DNA from: a virus
Lineage: Duplodnaviria; Heunggongvirae; Uroviricota; Caudoviricetes
IMG/VR virus record: IMGVR_UViG_3300031555_002194
Span: 1 to 64,000 of that record
DNA length: 64,000 nt
Reading direction: 5' to 3' (one strand)
The translations under genes and the position numbers were made by a program. Positions within the stretch are counted from its first letter, which is position 1; every line of letters begins with the position of its first letter. The notes under the pieces were generated by a model. It was given only the letters and a program-made list of their open reading frames with translations, ran no database searches and was not told the DNA's origin. Shown piece by piece: positions 51,843 to 62,840 of the stretch.

Positions 51843-53264
51843 TTAAACATAGATCCATCTCATATAAGTTGCTTCACTGTATTTATCAGTGGAAACACTA
51901 GGTGTTATATAATATACATTACCAACTTGTTTATAAACCCTTGTACATTGGTAAGTAGGATTAACACCATACTCATCAAATGTTGTGAACACTTCTGTTT
52001 CTGTTCCATCTTCATTTTCTGTTAAAACTGCTCTGGCAACAACAACATTGTTTTTATCAGTGTCAATTAATCTAGCTTCCATGGTGTATACAGGCTCATT
52101 ATCTGTAATTGTGATTTCAACATCATCTCTTTCAAAATAATGCTGATAAATCTTCTTCTGCAGACTTGTGCCTGCGTTGTCAAATACATAATTTGCCTCA
52201 GTTTCAGGCATATAAGACATATAACCAGAACCAACTTTAGTCTTCAGAATAACATGGCCATCGTTCTGAACATGTAGCCATAGACCACCTTCTTCTAAGA
52301 ATGCAGGGGTTTCCGCACCAACGGCAAGCTGTAAAGAAACATCCAATTTAGTCCAATCTTCAGAATCAGCAGATGGTTCACTGCCAGTGCATCCATTAAT
52401 TGTGTACCATAGATAACCATTGTGAGAAACTAAATCATTTGCAGTATAAATTGCGGTAGAATCCCACGCACCACGAGGGGACATGCCAGTGCCAGATTGA
52501 CCATCAAAATAGTCAACATTTTTAACTGGAGTATAACCAGCTTCACCTCGATCGCCCTTGATAGACATCTGCATATATTTATCTAAATTTTCAATGGGGA
52601 TTTCACCAGCTTTAATATCGTTGCTGATAACCATAAAATACTGGTTTACATCTTCGACCTGTCCAATAGATTTCCATTTACCTTTTGTGTAAATATAACA
52701 CTCATGATAAACACCAATTGATTTTCTTAGATGATATTTTTCAGGGTCTTTTGCTGGATCAAATTCTAAAATATAAATTGTATCGCCTTCGCCAGTAGTA
52801 GGAAGTTCGTCTACAACCACCATTTCAGACATCATGATTCCAATTTCTCTAGAAATATTATAATAACGCACAGGATATCTGACGATATCATACATGTGCA
52901 AAGCATTTTCTGTATCTTCTGTACCATCATCATTTTTGGCATCAGTACACATTGTTGCTGCCCAGTCACCTTTTAGCTGACCGATTTTATAAATCTTTTC
53001 TCTAACATCATCAAAGAAGAAATGTTGTAGAGCCAGAATAGAGTGGTGTATTCTTTTTAATTTGTCAGCGTTAATCTGACAATCCATCAAATGTGGATTT
53101 TGTGCCAAAATGTTCAACGCAGCAGAGTTGTTGCCAAATGATAAATACTGGTCATACTGTCTGATCAGCTCCATATCATTTGCAGTAGGGTCTGCAAAAT
53201 TCACTTGCTTGTCCAATTGATCAGGAAAGCTTGAATGCGTATACTCAGGATAAGTAATACTCAA
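51843..53264 (-). CDS. baseplate/tail structural protein
   Basis: 473-aa ORF with a TAA stop. Confidence 0.5.
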   Translation of the reverse strand: MSITYPEYTHSSFPDQLDKQVNFADPTANDMELIRQYDQYLSFGNNSAALNILAQNPHLMDCQINADKLKRIHHSILALQHFFFDDVREKIYKIGQLKGDWAATMCTDAKNDDGTEDTENALHMYDIVRYPVRYYNISREIGIMMSEMVVVDELPTTGEGDTIYILEFDPAKDPEKYHLRKSIGVYHECYIYTKGKWKSIGQVEDVNQYFMVISNDIKAGEIPIENLDKYMQMSIKGDRGEAGYTPVKNVDYFDGQSGTGMSPRGAWDSTAIYTANDLVSHNGYLWYTINGCTGSEPSADSEDWTKLDVSLQLAVGAETPAFLEEGGLWLHVQNDGHVILKTKVGSGYMSYMPETEANYVFDNAGTSLQKKIYQHYFERDDVEITITDNEPVYTMEARLIDTDKNNVVVARAVLTENEDGTETEVFTTFDEYGVNPTYQCTRVYKQVGNVYYITPSVSTDKYSEATYMRWIYV

Positions 53265-53285
53265 CTTATATTTCCTCCTTTCTAA

Positions 53286-54833
53286 TCATTTAACAATATC
53301 AAAATTGTACAAAGGGGAATACTCAATGAGTGTTAACGACATTACACCACTAGGATGTTCGGAGTTAATGCTTTGCACAATCCAGTCTTTTACCTCGTCA
53401 GTTGCAGATAGTTTAAATTGAATTTTTTCATTACCTTGCAACCATGGAATAAAGACCATTTCTAAAGTTACTGTATAGACAACTTTTGCGGCCAGCCATG
53501 TTTCATATTCTGCTCTTGTAATACAGTCGTCAATTGCTTCAATGTCATCATATTCGCCACCCTGAAACGCCTTCATTCTTTCGCCAATTCTTTCAATAGC
53601 AAAAGGGGAGTCAGGTATAATTGTCTATGTTATATCAGTTGTACCATGTTTTTCTTCATCTGCTTTTTTCTCTTCCGCAGTTGGATCAGTATTTCTTAGT
53701 TTGTTTACAGCAAAAATCTGATACTGACCAAGAAGGTACATGTTTTTTCTTCTATATCTAAATACATAACCAGCATCTTTCAAAAAAGAATTTTTCTTTA
53801 TTTTTTCTTCTGAACTGTTTGTTATATCAAATGTACCAACCAGAGTTTCTTCTCCGTCTGCGGTTGGCTTATTATAAATAGCTATTTTAGCATTGTCTGC
53901 AGCATCAACAGCTGGAATTTTAACCGCAAACTTTGTACTTGTTGGCAAACTTTTATCATCATTTAATGCGATACCAACAAAGTGAGCGGAGTATGTATTT
54001 GACGCAGCATCGTATGTACATTCTGTTGTATAATGATCTGTATCAAGACACTTACCCCAAACCTTGCTAACATTTCTAATATCTTTTAAAACACCATTAT
54101 CTGTTTCTGACATATATAATTTTTGCAAATAATCATTAGACAAAACAGGTGGATCTGTTTCAGGCATAATGTATTGTCTACAAATAAATGTGCCATCTGT
54201 ATCAAAAAACATTTCGTATCCGGGGTGCAAATCCCTTAATGTTGTAAGTATAGACCAAACTGTGTCTGTTGCACCAAATTCCAAATCGTGAGGAATTGGT
54301 TTTGGCATATCTGCAACATAATAGTTTTTAAAAGGTGAATATTCTGTTAGTGTGTGAATAATTGCTTCACGAATAGTCCATTTTTCTTCTTCATAGATAA
54401 CAGTTTCTAACCCCTCTAAAGAGCCACCAACATCACCATTCAAATAACATACTAAATCAGAACAGTTAATAGATAATGTGCCAGCTTGAACATTGTAGTT
54501 CTAATCAGTCATCACAAAGATACCTTTGTCGTAATACTTAATCTCATCATCAAAATTTGGTACACGATAGCCAATGTACACTTTGATAAATTTGTTGATC
54601 CACAATAACTTGTCTTCTTCTATGCCGATGTTTTTATTAATAACACCAAGCGTCATAGAAAATGTATGTCTAATATCTGAATCAACATTTGTTGATAAAC
54701 TACCAGAAATGAATTCATGCTTCATTTCATATACTTGCTGAAAATGTTCATTCAACAATGCGATTTTTACATACCACATCTTTTCTGGATAGTATAATTT
54801 TCTCAGGTCGTCATTGGTAGGGTAGTAAGCCAT
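53286..54833 (-). CDS. baseplate/tail protein, 515 codons, read through TAGs at 53625 and 54501
   Basis: ORF-track pieces 54501-54833, 53625-54443 and 53286-53576 share one frame, joined by single TAGs with open spacers. The final stop is TGA. Confidence 0.5.
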
Positions 54834-54835
54834 AC

Positions 54836-55741
54836 TTATGCACCTACTTCCAGATAATTAGTAAATCCATGATAATACAGGTCGGAATTGTTATATACAT
54901 CGCCAACCTCTACAAAGTTAACTGTTGTATTAACATTATCAGGATGTCCGTCAGCAGTCTCAGTAATTTGATCCACAACTGCGGCCATGTAGATTTCGCC
55001 ATTATAAAGTTTAACAATTTTCGTTTTCTTGTTATTTAAGAATTGACGAGCTTCTTTTCTGACTTTCCAACCATTTTCAAAGTCGAAAGTACATGTTTGA
55101 GGATCGTAGTCAACAAACATACCTGTAATAGCGAATTTATCATAATCCAGAGCAGAGTAATAGTTAATATAAGGATACTTAGAGTTAATAGGCTCTAAAG
55201 TAGATCCATAAACATTTCTGGACAAATTGTTTTTAGACAAGTTTGCGATAATATGATAACCTTTTGTTGTATCCATAATGAATGCACCATCAAATTCTAC
55301 ATATACGCCAACTGTCTGAGGATTTGCTTTTTCAACACCATTCACTACAGGAACTGCAGCGTATTCATAATTTGTTTTAGATGCAACCAGAATGTCATTA
55401 TAATAGAAGTTAAGATTTTCTTTATCACCATTAACATCGATTTCTAAAATCTTAGTAAATTGCAAATCGCCATCGACACGCTTTTTGATTAATAACTTAG
55501 AAATTGATTCAATAGGGAATTTAATATTACCAGCTAATAGATTTTCATCAAATGTGGCATGTAATACTGTTGTATGACCCCATTCTTCGATATCTGCAAA
55601 AGGATCTCTTGCTAAATTACTATCTATATATAAATCGCTAAACACGCCATTTTCAATTGTAATTTTATCCACTGCTACATGATAAGGAACTGGCGTAGGA
55701 TCTAATGACATATTGTATTTAAAAAAAGAACCTAAGAACAT
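54836..55741 (-). CDS. tail/baseplate protein
   Basis: 301 aa. Its start overlaps the upstream stop (TAATG). Confidence 0.5.
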   Translation of the reverse strand: MFLGSFFKYNMSLDPTPVPYHVAVDKITIENGVFSDLYIDSNLARDPFADIEEWGHTTVLHATFDENLLAGNIKFPIESISKLLIKKRVDGDLQFTKILEIDVNGDKENLNFYYNDILVASKTNYEYAAVPVVNGVEKANPQTVGVYVEFDGAFIMDTTKGYHIIANLSKNNLSRNVYGSTLEPINSKYPYINYYSALDYDKFAITGMFVDYDPQTCTFDFENGWKVRKEARQFLNNKKTKIVKLYNGEIYMAAVVDQITETADGHPDNVNTTVNFVEVGDVYNNSDLYYHGFTNYLEVGA

Positions 55742-56925
55742 TAGTTCGCGCCTCCTTCTCTAAGTGAATACGCTGATCCTTCTGGAACAGCCTGAATACG
55801 AATATCAAACATGCCATCTAAATGTTTGAAGTAAATGATAACCTGTTGACTAGGTTTTAAAGCTTCAATTTTATTGCTTTGAATGATGTAATTAAATTCT
55901 TGTCCACCAACCATTTGTTTTGCTGTCAGTTCGGCATAAAACATTGGTACATTATATCCAATAAAATTGCCCCAGTTCCAAGAAATACTAACCGTTGCAT
56001 TAACTAATTGAAAATTTGTAATAGTTGCAAAGTTTGGAATGTCAGATACAATGATATTGCACATAAAATCTTCAACAGCAAATTCATCGAAATGTACCTT
56101 TTCACCATTTAACAACTGAACTTTGTCACCACCAACATATGTTAAATCAACAGGGTCAGACTAGCCTTCGATTGATACAAAGTTAGAAGATAAATAAACT
56201 ACACCATCATCAGGCATATTCTCTGCATTAAAAGATAGGAATAAGTCTGGTTCTTGGTAATTGCAAGAAAACTGTACGAGTGGAGTTGAAATCATCAGGC
56301 CACTAACAGTTTTACATGTAGCCTGTAAGTAATACTCACCATTGTCTACTAGGTCAGAAATTTTTACAGTTTTTGTAGAAGCAAGTTTTGTGCCACTTGA
56401 CCACACAAATGTTTTCTGAGCACCAGCATATAATGTCATTGACCATGTGTCTAATAATTCATCATTTTTTTCTTGGTAATATGAAACTCCAACTTCAAAC
56501 CAGCTACTATAAATAACATCTTTATTTTTAAGATTGGAGAATGAAAATACTGGTGTTTTAAAACATCTCAGAGCAACACGAGGGCTTGGCGCGCTGTATG
56601 CCAGTTCTTCAACTATTACTTCATATTCTTCATTGGTTTCAGGATTAATTTTCTTTTCAGTTCTTCTGGTTTTAACTTTTACATACAATTCAAAATTATA
56701 TGCGTTACTATTAAATAACAAACCAGAAGGAACTTTTGCGACAGCATCTAAAATAGTATTTGCTTGTTCAAGTGATTCAACAGTTTGAACTAATGTATTT
56801 GTGATGTTGTCGTAAATCAAAATTTTATAGCCATAAATCTGAGAGCCGTTATATGTATAATGTAAATCACATCCAAGATCGGCATCAAAAGGCATGGTAT
56901 TTAAAATAATAGGGGAGACATCCAT
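55741..56925 (-). CDS. tail protein (possible distal tail protein), 394 codons, read through TAG at 56161
   Basis: ORF-track pieces 56161-56925 and 55741-56115 share one frame. The 15 codons after the TAG are open. Confidence 0.5.
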
Positions 56926-56949
56926 TTAATAATCATCTCCTTTCTTTAT

Positions 56950-57201
56950 TTATCGATTCGGGTGAATGTATAGGTTGTCAGGATTATCTCTTCCTTGAGG
57001 GAATAGAACGAAAACCATTTCGTCCACAGAGTATGAAAAATATGATTTGATAGCATATGTTTTATCTGCAATTTGAACTTTGTATCTGTTATTTGGCAGA
57101 ATTTCAACAACTCTACCTCTTTTAGTTTGGTCATAAGAAAAGGGTGTATTTTCTATTACAATCTTTACCATTTCCAAAACTCTTTCAGTTTCTGGGGACA
57201 T
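56950..57201 (-). CDS. small tail-associated protein
   Basis: 83 aa, directly downstream of the tape measure gene. Confidence 0.4.
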   Translation of the reverse strand: MSPETERVLEMVKIVIENTPFSYDQTKRGRVVEILPNNRYKVQIADKTYAIKSYFSYSVDEMVFVLFPQGRDNPDNLYIHPNR

Positions 57202-57276
57202 AAATTCACCTCCGTATAAAATGGAAGGAGAGGGCGGTAAGATGTTCTTACTTTCCTCTCCTTATGTTTGTTATAT

Positions 57277-60200
57277 TTATTTCTTAGTCATATATTGTTT
57301 TGCTAAGTTAGGCAGATTTTGAATATCTCTGATAAATCCATTTACATCTTGAACATTAGGAAGAGCAATGGAATCAATGTGGTAGTTATTTTGAACTGTA
57401 CCAGCACCAGCTGTTGCTGCTGCTTTAACATCAATAATCTGTGGATTTATTTTGATGGTATTTTTGCTAATAATGTTGTCCATAAAAGCTTTAGGGTTCG
57501 CACCAAACTCCCACAGTTTTTTAGAAACGTCTGCAGGGATTACATTGCCACCATTACGGATACGGATGAAACGTCCTTCGTCTGGTTCGATGATCATTTC
57601 TGGGCCTTTTTCATCGACGTTAATGATACTACCAGAAATATTAGTTCCACCTTTTGCGAATTTTGAATAATTTGTATAAGAATTCTGTGCAACCGTTTTA
57701 CCACTACTATCTTTGTATGTTGTAGTTTTTGTACCACCACTATAAGATACAGTTTTTGTTACAGTTTGACCATTTAATTTTGTAGTAGTTGTTGTGGAAT
57801 CAGATCTATGTTTAGAACTAGAACCACCACTAGAACCACCACTAGAACCACCACTAGAACCACCACTAGAAGATTTTGCACTTGCTATAGTTTTTGCAGC
57901 ATCGCCAACTGCATCAGAAAATTCTTTTGCACTACTTTTAACACTGTCTGCAGCATCATAAGCTGCATCACCAGAATAATTACTAGCATCACCAGAATAA
58001 GTAGATGCTTTCGTATTGTCACTTACAGCTTTAGTATTTTTATTTGTAGTTTGAATATCCTGAGAACCATCAGTACCACCAGAATATCCATATTTATTAC
58101 GAATAGCTTCTGCTTCTTTATGAGCGGCATCTTTTTCTGCCTTTGTTGTAGCACTATTATACTTATCCTGTGCAGCCTTAATTGCGGCCTTGTCACTATC
58201 AGACATTCCATACTTATCTTGAATCTTTTGGCCAGATGTTTTGCTACCAGAAGAAGAATTGGAACCTTTAGATCCTGTAGCCACATTCAATCCATTATCA
58301 ACAGCACCATTAATATAAGAAGAACTTGTACTATTATAAACATTATCAAGAGTATCCTTGATCTCTTGCAAATCTTCTTTGTAAGCTTGTTGAGATAGGT
58401 CACCAAAGTCTTTGGTATATGTTACCCAACCATTATTAATTGGGTCTTCGATTGCACTCTGAACTCTATCAGAAATGATTTGTCCCATTTTGTTATAGTC
58501 AAAACCATTATCTGTTGCACCATTATCATAATCATACTTCTGCTTAAGTTCTTCAGCAGTCATAAAGGATTCGGCTGCGTTTACAGCAGTAATAATAGAC
58601 TGAGTAATATAACCATTACTATTAGAGTCTTTTTCATGACCAGAGCCATATTTTTCAACAGCAATAGCCTTTTCTAATCTGTCTATCAGTTCTTTACTAC
58701 CATTTTTCTTTGCTCTTTCAAGTTCATCTTCTAATTGAGCAATATAAGAACCAGAATCAACTTTAGAGTTTGTTGTACTTCCATAAGGTGTTGTTGCAGC
58801 AGCATATGCATTCTTACCAATTTGAATATATTCTTCACTATATCCATCATGATAACCTTGTAACTGTCTAAGTATTGTTTCAGCAGCGTAAGTATTGCCT
58901 TGACGCATTGCAGTTTCATAAGCAGTTTGAAGTTGTTTGATCCAACTCTTCTCGTCTGAAGTCATTGAACCCCAATCCAAATCAGCAAATGGATCTTCAA
59001 GTAATTCCTCAAGAGGAATTTCAAGTTCAAGATTTGCAAGTTTGTAAATCAAATCTCGTAATGCTTTGGTATTATCATCTGTGGCATCAGTATTGTCGTC
59101 TGTTTCGCCGCTCAGAATATCTGTATAATCCATATTTTCTAGAACAGCGTCGACATCTTCCCTAGTAATGTCAGTATTATTTTTTAGGAATGTTTGTAAC
59201 TCATCACTTTCAAGGATATTTTTCTTAATTTCCTCTAATTGTTCTTCTGACTTTGCAATTAAATCTTGATTTGTAATGACATTCATGCCAACAACATCTG
59301 TTAAGTCTGTTGTACCTTTTTTGATTTCAGTACCCCATAAACCTTCAGGAATTGCAGTAGATTTATCATCAATCTTTGTGCTTGTGAATTTGCCATTTTC
59401 ATCTTTGGCATCAATTCGATAAGTACCGCCTTTGGTATATACAATGTCACCAACATTTGCTTCTTTAGGAGCTTTGCCATCTTTGTTTACATACCATTCT
59501 CTATGACCTGCGTTAGCAGTATCCACAACAGGCTGTGGCATATTGAACATCGCAATCATTTTGGCGAACATATCCATCATTTTCTGATATTCGTCCGCCA
59601 TGTGTTCGTTCAGTTCTTTGGTATTTTTATAAATCTGATCTTGGATATCAAAGTATTCATCTTTGAAATTGTTGAATACACTAATTCTGCCATCAAGAAC
59701 ATCATCTTCCCAGTCTGCACCAAGACGTTCTTCAGCAAGCAGTTCGTTTCTATATTTTTCATACTCATCAGGAATTTCTGCCCATTTGTTTTGCAGTTCC
59801 TCCAGAGCTTCTTTTTGTTTCTCTAGAGTTTCAATAGATTGTTCAAATTCAATGTCAGCTAGATTTTCTTCTGCTTCTTTAATAGCATCGTCGTTAGCTT
59901 CCCAAACCCAACCAACGCCTCTTTTTAGAACTCTTCTTGTTTTCTGAGATTTTGCAGAATCCAAAGCAGCCTGTGCCTTTTGCAGTTCAATTGCAGATTT
60001 ACGTTCTTCATTTGTTTTCTGCAGAGCTTCAATTTCTTTATCAATGTTTTCGAGACGTTCTTCAAACAAGTTGTCAATTGCAGACAGTACGCTATCACGA
60101 TCTTCGAGCTGCTTTTCAAGAAGTTCATTTTCACGTTCAATGCGGGAATCATAATAATCCATCCACATTTTCTGAAGTTCTTTGATGCGATCTTTGTCTG

Positions 60201-62745
60201 CATCTGTGCCTTTTTTCATTAGAGCTTGCAGTTCTTTTTCAAGGGACTGCATAATACCATTCATGAGTTGTAGGTCTTCGTCAACAACGTCGGATCTATT
60301 AGAGAACAGTTCAATTAGATGTTCTGCGTCAGAGATTGCGTCATCAAAACGTTCATTATGAAGTTCTTCTAACTCTTTCTTGACGTCAAGAATAGAGTAG
60401 GAGAGGTCTTTCCACTGTTCTGTAGATTCTTTGTTTGCGTCATTGAGTTCTTCTGTTTTCTCAATGAGTTCCCAATATTTTTCTTTCTGTTCATCAGAAA
60501 GGTTGAGGTTATTGATTAACTCTTTGTTGTGGATCGTGAGGGCGTCTGTGAGACGGTCATAATCAATGTTGAATCCAAGGTTACGAAGAGCGTCTACGTT
60601 TGCACCGATTTCTTCATCACGGGCGTTGTTCAGGTCTTCGACTGCCTGTTTCTGTTGGGCGTATAGTTCTATTTCTTTGTTTTTCAGCGCAATACGTTCT
60701 TCAACATCGTCTGTATGTTCGTATGCTCTGTTGAGGTCAGAAAGGGTGGACTCAAGGTCTTCGATGACACGGGTATACTTTTCGTACTTGTCGATTTCGG
60801 CTGACCAAGGGTCGGAAGAGGAGCCTCCGGAGGAGGAACCGTCTGTTGGCATATAGTCGTCAATTGCAGCCAAAGCATCTCGTGCGTCATTATCTATCTT
60901 CCACTGAACAAGCTGTTCTTCATTTTTTAAAGTTTCAGACTGAATACGAGGTGATACCCATCCGGTTTTACCGGATTTCATCTGTTCATAAGTTGACAAC
61001 GCAGAAACTGTACCCATTACTTGCAGATACAGCTTTTTAAATTCGTTAATTTGACCATCAAGAGAAAATCTTGTTTTGCTGGTTTGATACAACGCCCACT
61101 GTAGCTTATTTAATGCGTATGTGGACATGTTTGCAGACTTTGCCTCTGCAATCAATGCCCTAATTTCACCTTCACTTGCTTCTGTAAGGTTCTTACTTGC
61201 CAGCCACTCATTTTCTTTAGCCCTTGTTAGTGCGCTCGTTGCGACTTCTGCGGCGTTAGTAACACCTTTTTGTTTTAACCAAGCGACGGTAAGATCTTTT
61301 GTTTCTTCCGTAATATTCTTTAACGGGTCTTGTGCATAAAACCAAGCTGTTACTAATTCATCAAACGCGTCTTGACAGGCGTTAATATCAGAAGGAGAGT
61401 TTGATACAATGTCTATAAAATCCTCAAGCGCAGATCCTGCAGATTGGAAAGTTGTATAAAACTCACTATCTTTTGCAAGAGCGCTAAAATCAAAGTCGCC
61501 AGCATCTTTTACATCATTGTAAACGGCTGCAACTTTTTCAAAACCGTCTGATGTTTTTTCAAGTTCTGCCAAATATTCAGACTTAGAAACTATTTCAAAC
61601 TCAATTGGATCTTTCGCAGAATCACGAAGATCGTCAACCATATTTTTTAAGTCTTCTGGAGAATATTGACCAATATCTTTAAGACGGAACAAATAAGTCA
61701 ATTCTTCTTGAGATAGGCTTTGCAACCAAGTTGCATCTACACCATCAACTTGATTTTGAATATATTCTTTTGCTTTCGACTGATCAATTTCAACACCAAG
61801 CGCAATACTGATTTCGTTTTCTTGTGATTGTAATTCGTCAATAACGCTTTGTTGTCTTTCTAACTCTTTTTCCCATTTTTGTCTTTCTGCTGGATCGTCA
61901 TCCCATGTTCCAGCTTCTAGATGATTATTGATCAGATTATAGCGTTCTTGTGCAGCATTCTGTTGCTCTAATATTGCTACTCGTTGTGCTTCGAGGACGT
62001 CCGTAGCATCTTTTTCCATTTCCGCTAAACCGACAGCACCCCAATTATCAAAATTCTCAATTTCGTTCAATGTGGCACGATATTCTTTCAGTGCTTTGAT
62101 GTTTCTGTGAATAGCAATTGCATTGTCCGCAGCCCCACCAAGCATACCATCATTTCCATCAAGAATATTTTGATTAGATTGTAAAATTTCTTTTTCAGCT
62201 AACTCTTTGTTTTCTAAAGCTAAAAGTTCTTTTTTTATTTCGAGCTGACGCTCTAACATATTTAACCGTTCTTGTTCTGCGTCAGTCAGTTTTCCAGAAC
62301 TTGCCAGTTCATCATATGCTGTTTGAAGATCTTCAACTTCTGCTGTTAAGTTTTCAACAATTTCTTTTTGTTCTTCAACTGTGACATTTATCCAGTCCCA
62401 AATTTCATATAGGACTTTAAGAGCAACCATAACAGCCAGCATAGCGCCCATATTGATTGCGGTTTCCTTTAATGCTTTAGAAAACTTTTTAGCATTGCTA
62501 CCAGCACCAGCCATTGCAACATCCAATTCATCAAGACTGCCACCAGCCGCTTGAATGTCTTTTGCTGATTGAAGAACGTTTTTATCTACATCTGCAAATT
62601 GGCTCGCAAGATTATCTAAGTTTTTACCCGCAAATGAACCTTCTGCCTCTATTTTTTTTAAAGCGTCAACAAAATCGGTGGTTCCAGCGTTTAATTTCTT
62701 TGGTTCATTAGACAACTGTTTTAACCTATCAACAATTGTAACCAA
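57277..62745 (-). CDS. tail tape measure protein
   Basis: 1822 aa with long coiled coils, an internal (GGSS)n tract and a typical C-terminal region. Confidence 0.8.
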   Translation of the reverse strand: MVTIVDRLKQLSNEPKKLNAGTTDFVDALKKIEAEGSFAGKNLDNLASQFADVDKNVLQSAKDIQAAGGSLDELDVAMAGAGSNAKKFSKALKETAINMGAMLAVMVALKVLYEIWDWINVTVEEQKEIVENLTAEVEDLQTAYDELASSGKLTDAEQERLNMLERQLEIKKELLALENKELAEKEILQSNQNILDGNDGMLGGAADNAIAIHRNIKALKEYRATLNEIENFDNWGAVGLAEMEKDATDVLEAQRVAILEQQNAAQERYNLINNHLEAGTWDDDPAERQKWEKELERQQSVIDELQSQENEISIALGVEIDQSKAKEYIQNQVDGVDATWLQSLSQEELTYLFRLKDIGQYSPEDLKNMVDDLRDSAKDPIEFEIVSKSEYLAELEKTSDGFEKVAAVYNDVKDAGDFDFSALAKDSEFYTTFQSAGSALEDFIDIVSNSPSDINACQDAFDELVTAWFYAQDPLKNITEETKDLTVAWLKQKGVTNAAEVATSALTRAKENEWLASKNLTEASEGEIRALIAEAKSANMSTYALNKLQWALYQTSKTRFSLDGQINEFKKLYLQVMGTVSALSTYEQMKSGKTGWVSPRIQSETLKNEEQLVQWKIDNDARDALAAIDDYMPTDGSSSGGSSSDPWSAEIDKYEKYTRVIEDLESTLSDLNRAYEHTDDVEERIALKNKEIELYAQQKQAVEDLNNARDEEIGANVDALRNLGFNIDYDRLTDALTIHNKELINNLNLSDEQKEKYWELIEKTEELNDANKESTEQWKDLSYSILDVKKELEELHNERFDDAISDAEHLIELFSNRSDVVDEDLQLMNGIMQSLEKELQALMKKGTDADKDRIKELQKMWMDYYDSRIERENELLEKQLEDRDSVLSAIDNLFEERLENIDKEIEALQKTNEERKSAIELQKAQAALDSAKSQKTRRVLKRGVGWVWEANDDAIKEAEENLADIEFEQSIETLEKQKEALEELQNKWAEIPDEYEKYRNELLAEERLGADWEDDVLDGRISVFNNFKDEYFDIQDQIYKNTKELNEHMADEYQKMMDMFAKMIAMFNMPQPVVDTANAGHREWYVNKDGKAPKEANVGDIVYTKGGTYRIDAKDENGKFTSTKIDDKSTAIPEGLWGTEIKKGTTDLTDVVGMNVITNQDLIAKSEEQLEEIKKNILESDELQTFLKNNTDITREDVDAVLENMDYTDILSGETDDNTDATDDNTKALRDLIYKLANLELEIPLEELLEDPFADLDWGSMTSDEKSWIKQLQTAYETAMRQGNTYAAETILRQLQGYHDGYSEEYIQIGKNAYAAATTPYGSTTNSKVDSGSYIAQLEDELERAKKNGSKELIDRLEKAIAVEKYGSGHEKDSNSNGYITQSIITAVNAAESFMTAEELKQKYDYDNGATDNGFDYNKMGQIISDRVQSAIEDPINNGWVTYTKDFGDLSQQAYKEDLQEIKDTLDNVYNSTSSSYINGAVDNGLNVATGSKGSNSSSGSKTSGQKIQDKYGMSDSDKAAIKAAQDKYNSATTKAEKDAAHKEAEAIRNKYGYSGGTDGSQDIQTTNKNTKAVSDNTKASTYSGDASNYSGDAAYDAADSVKSSAKEFSDAVGDAAKTIASAKSSSGGSSGGSSGGSSGGSSSKHRSDSTTTTTKLNGQTVTKTVSYSGGTKTTTYKDSSGKTVAQNSYTNYSKFAKGGTNISGSIINVDEKGPEMIIEPDEGRFIRIRNGGNVIPADVSKKLWEFGANPKAFMDNIISKNTIKINPQIIDVKAAATAGAGTVQNNYHIDSIALPNVQDVNGFIRDIQNLPNLAKQYMTKK
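57828..57880 (-). repeat. 12-nt tandem repeat (ccactagaacca x4) encoding a (SSGG)n linker in the tape measure protein
   Basis: Direct repeat visible on the + strand. Confidence 0.6.
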
Positions 62746-62749
62746 ATTT

Positions 62750-62800
62750 CCGTCGTTGTCATAGTTTACTACGATAATATAACATGATATAATTTATATA
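62750..62800 (+). promoter_or_regulatory. putative sigma-A-type promoter for the + strand gene at 62841
   Basis: TTGTCA, a 16-nt spacer, then TATAAC. A second TATAAT follows 4 nt later. The region is divergent from the tape measure start. Confidence 0.35.
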
Positions 62801-62840
62801 ACTCTTGGAAAGTTACAAGATATAGACGGAGCGTGATTGT

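Noticed and set aside
38665-56163. Pseudogenisation or frameshift decay as the explanation for the fragmented late genes
   Set aside because: Every disruption is a TAG, never TAA or TGA, and never an indel. Frames stay open across the junctions. Conserved motifs and repeat registers continue, and no gene in the window uses TAG as a terminal stop.
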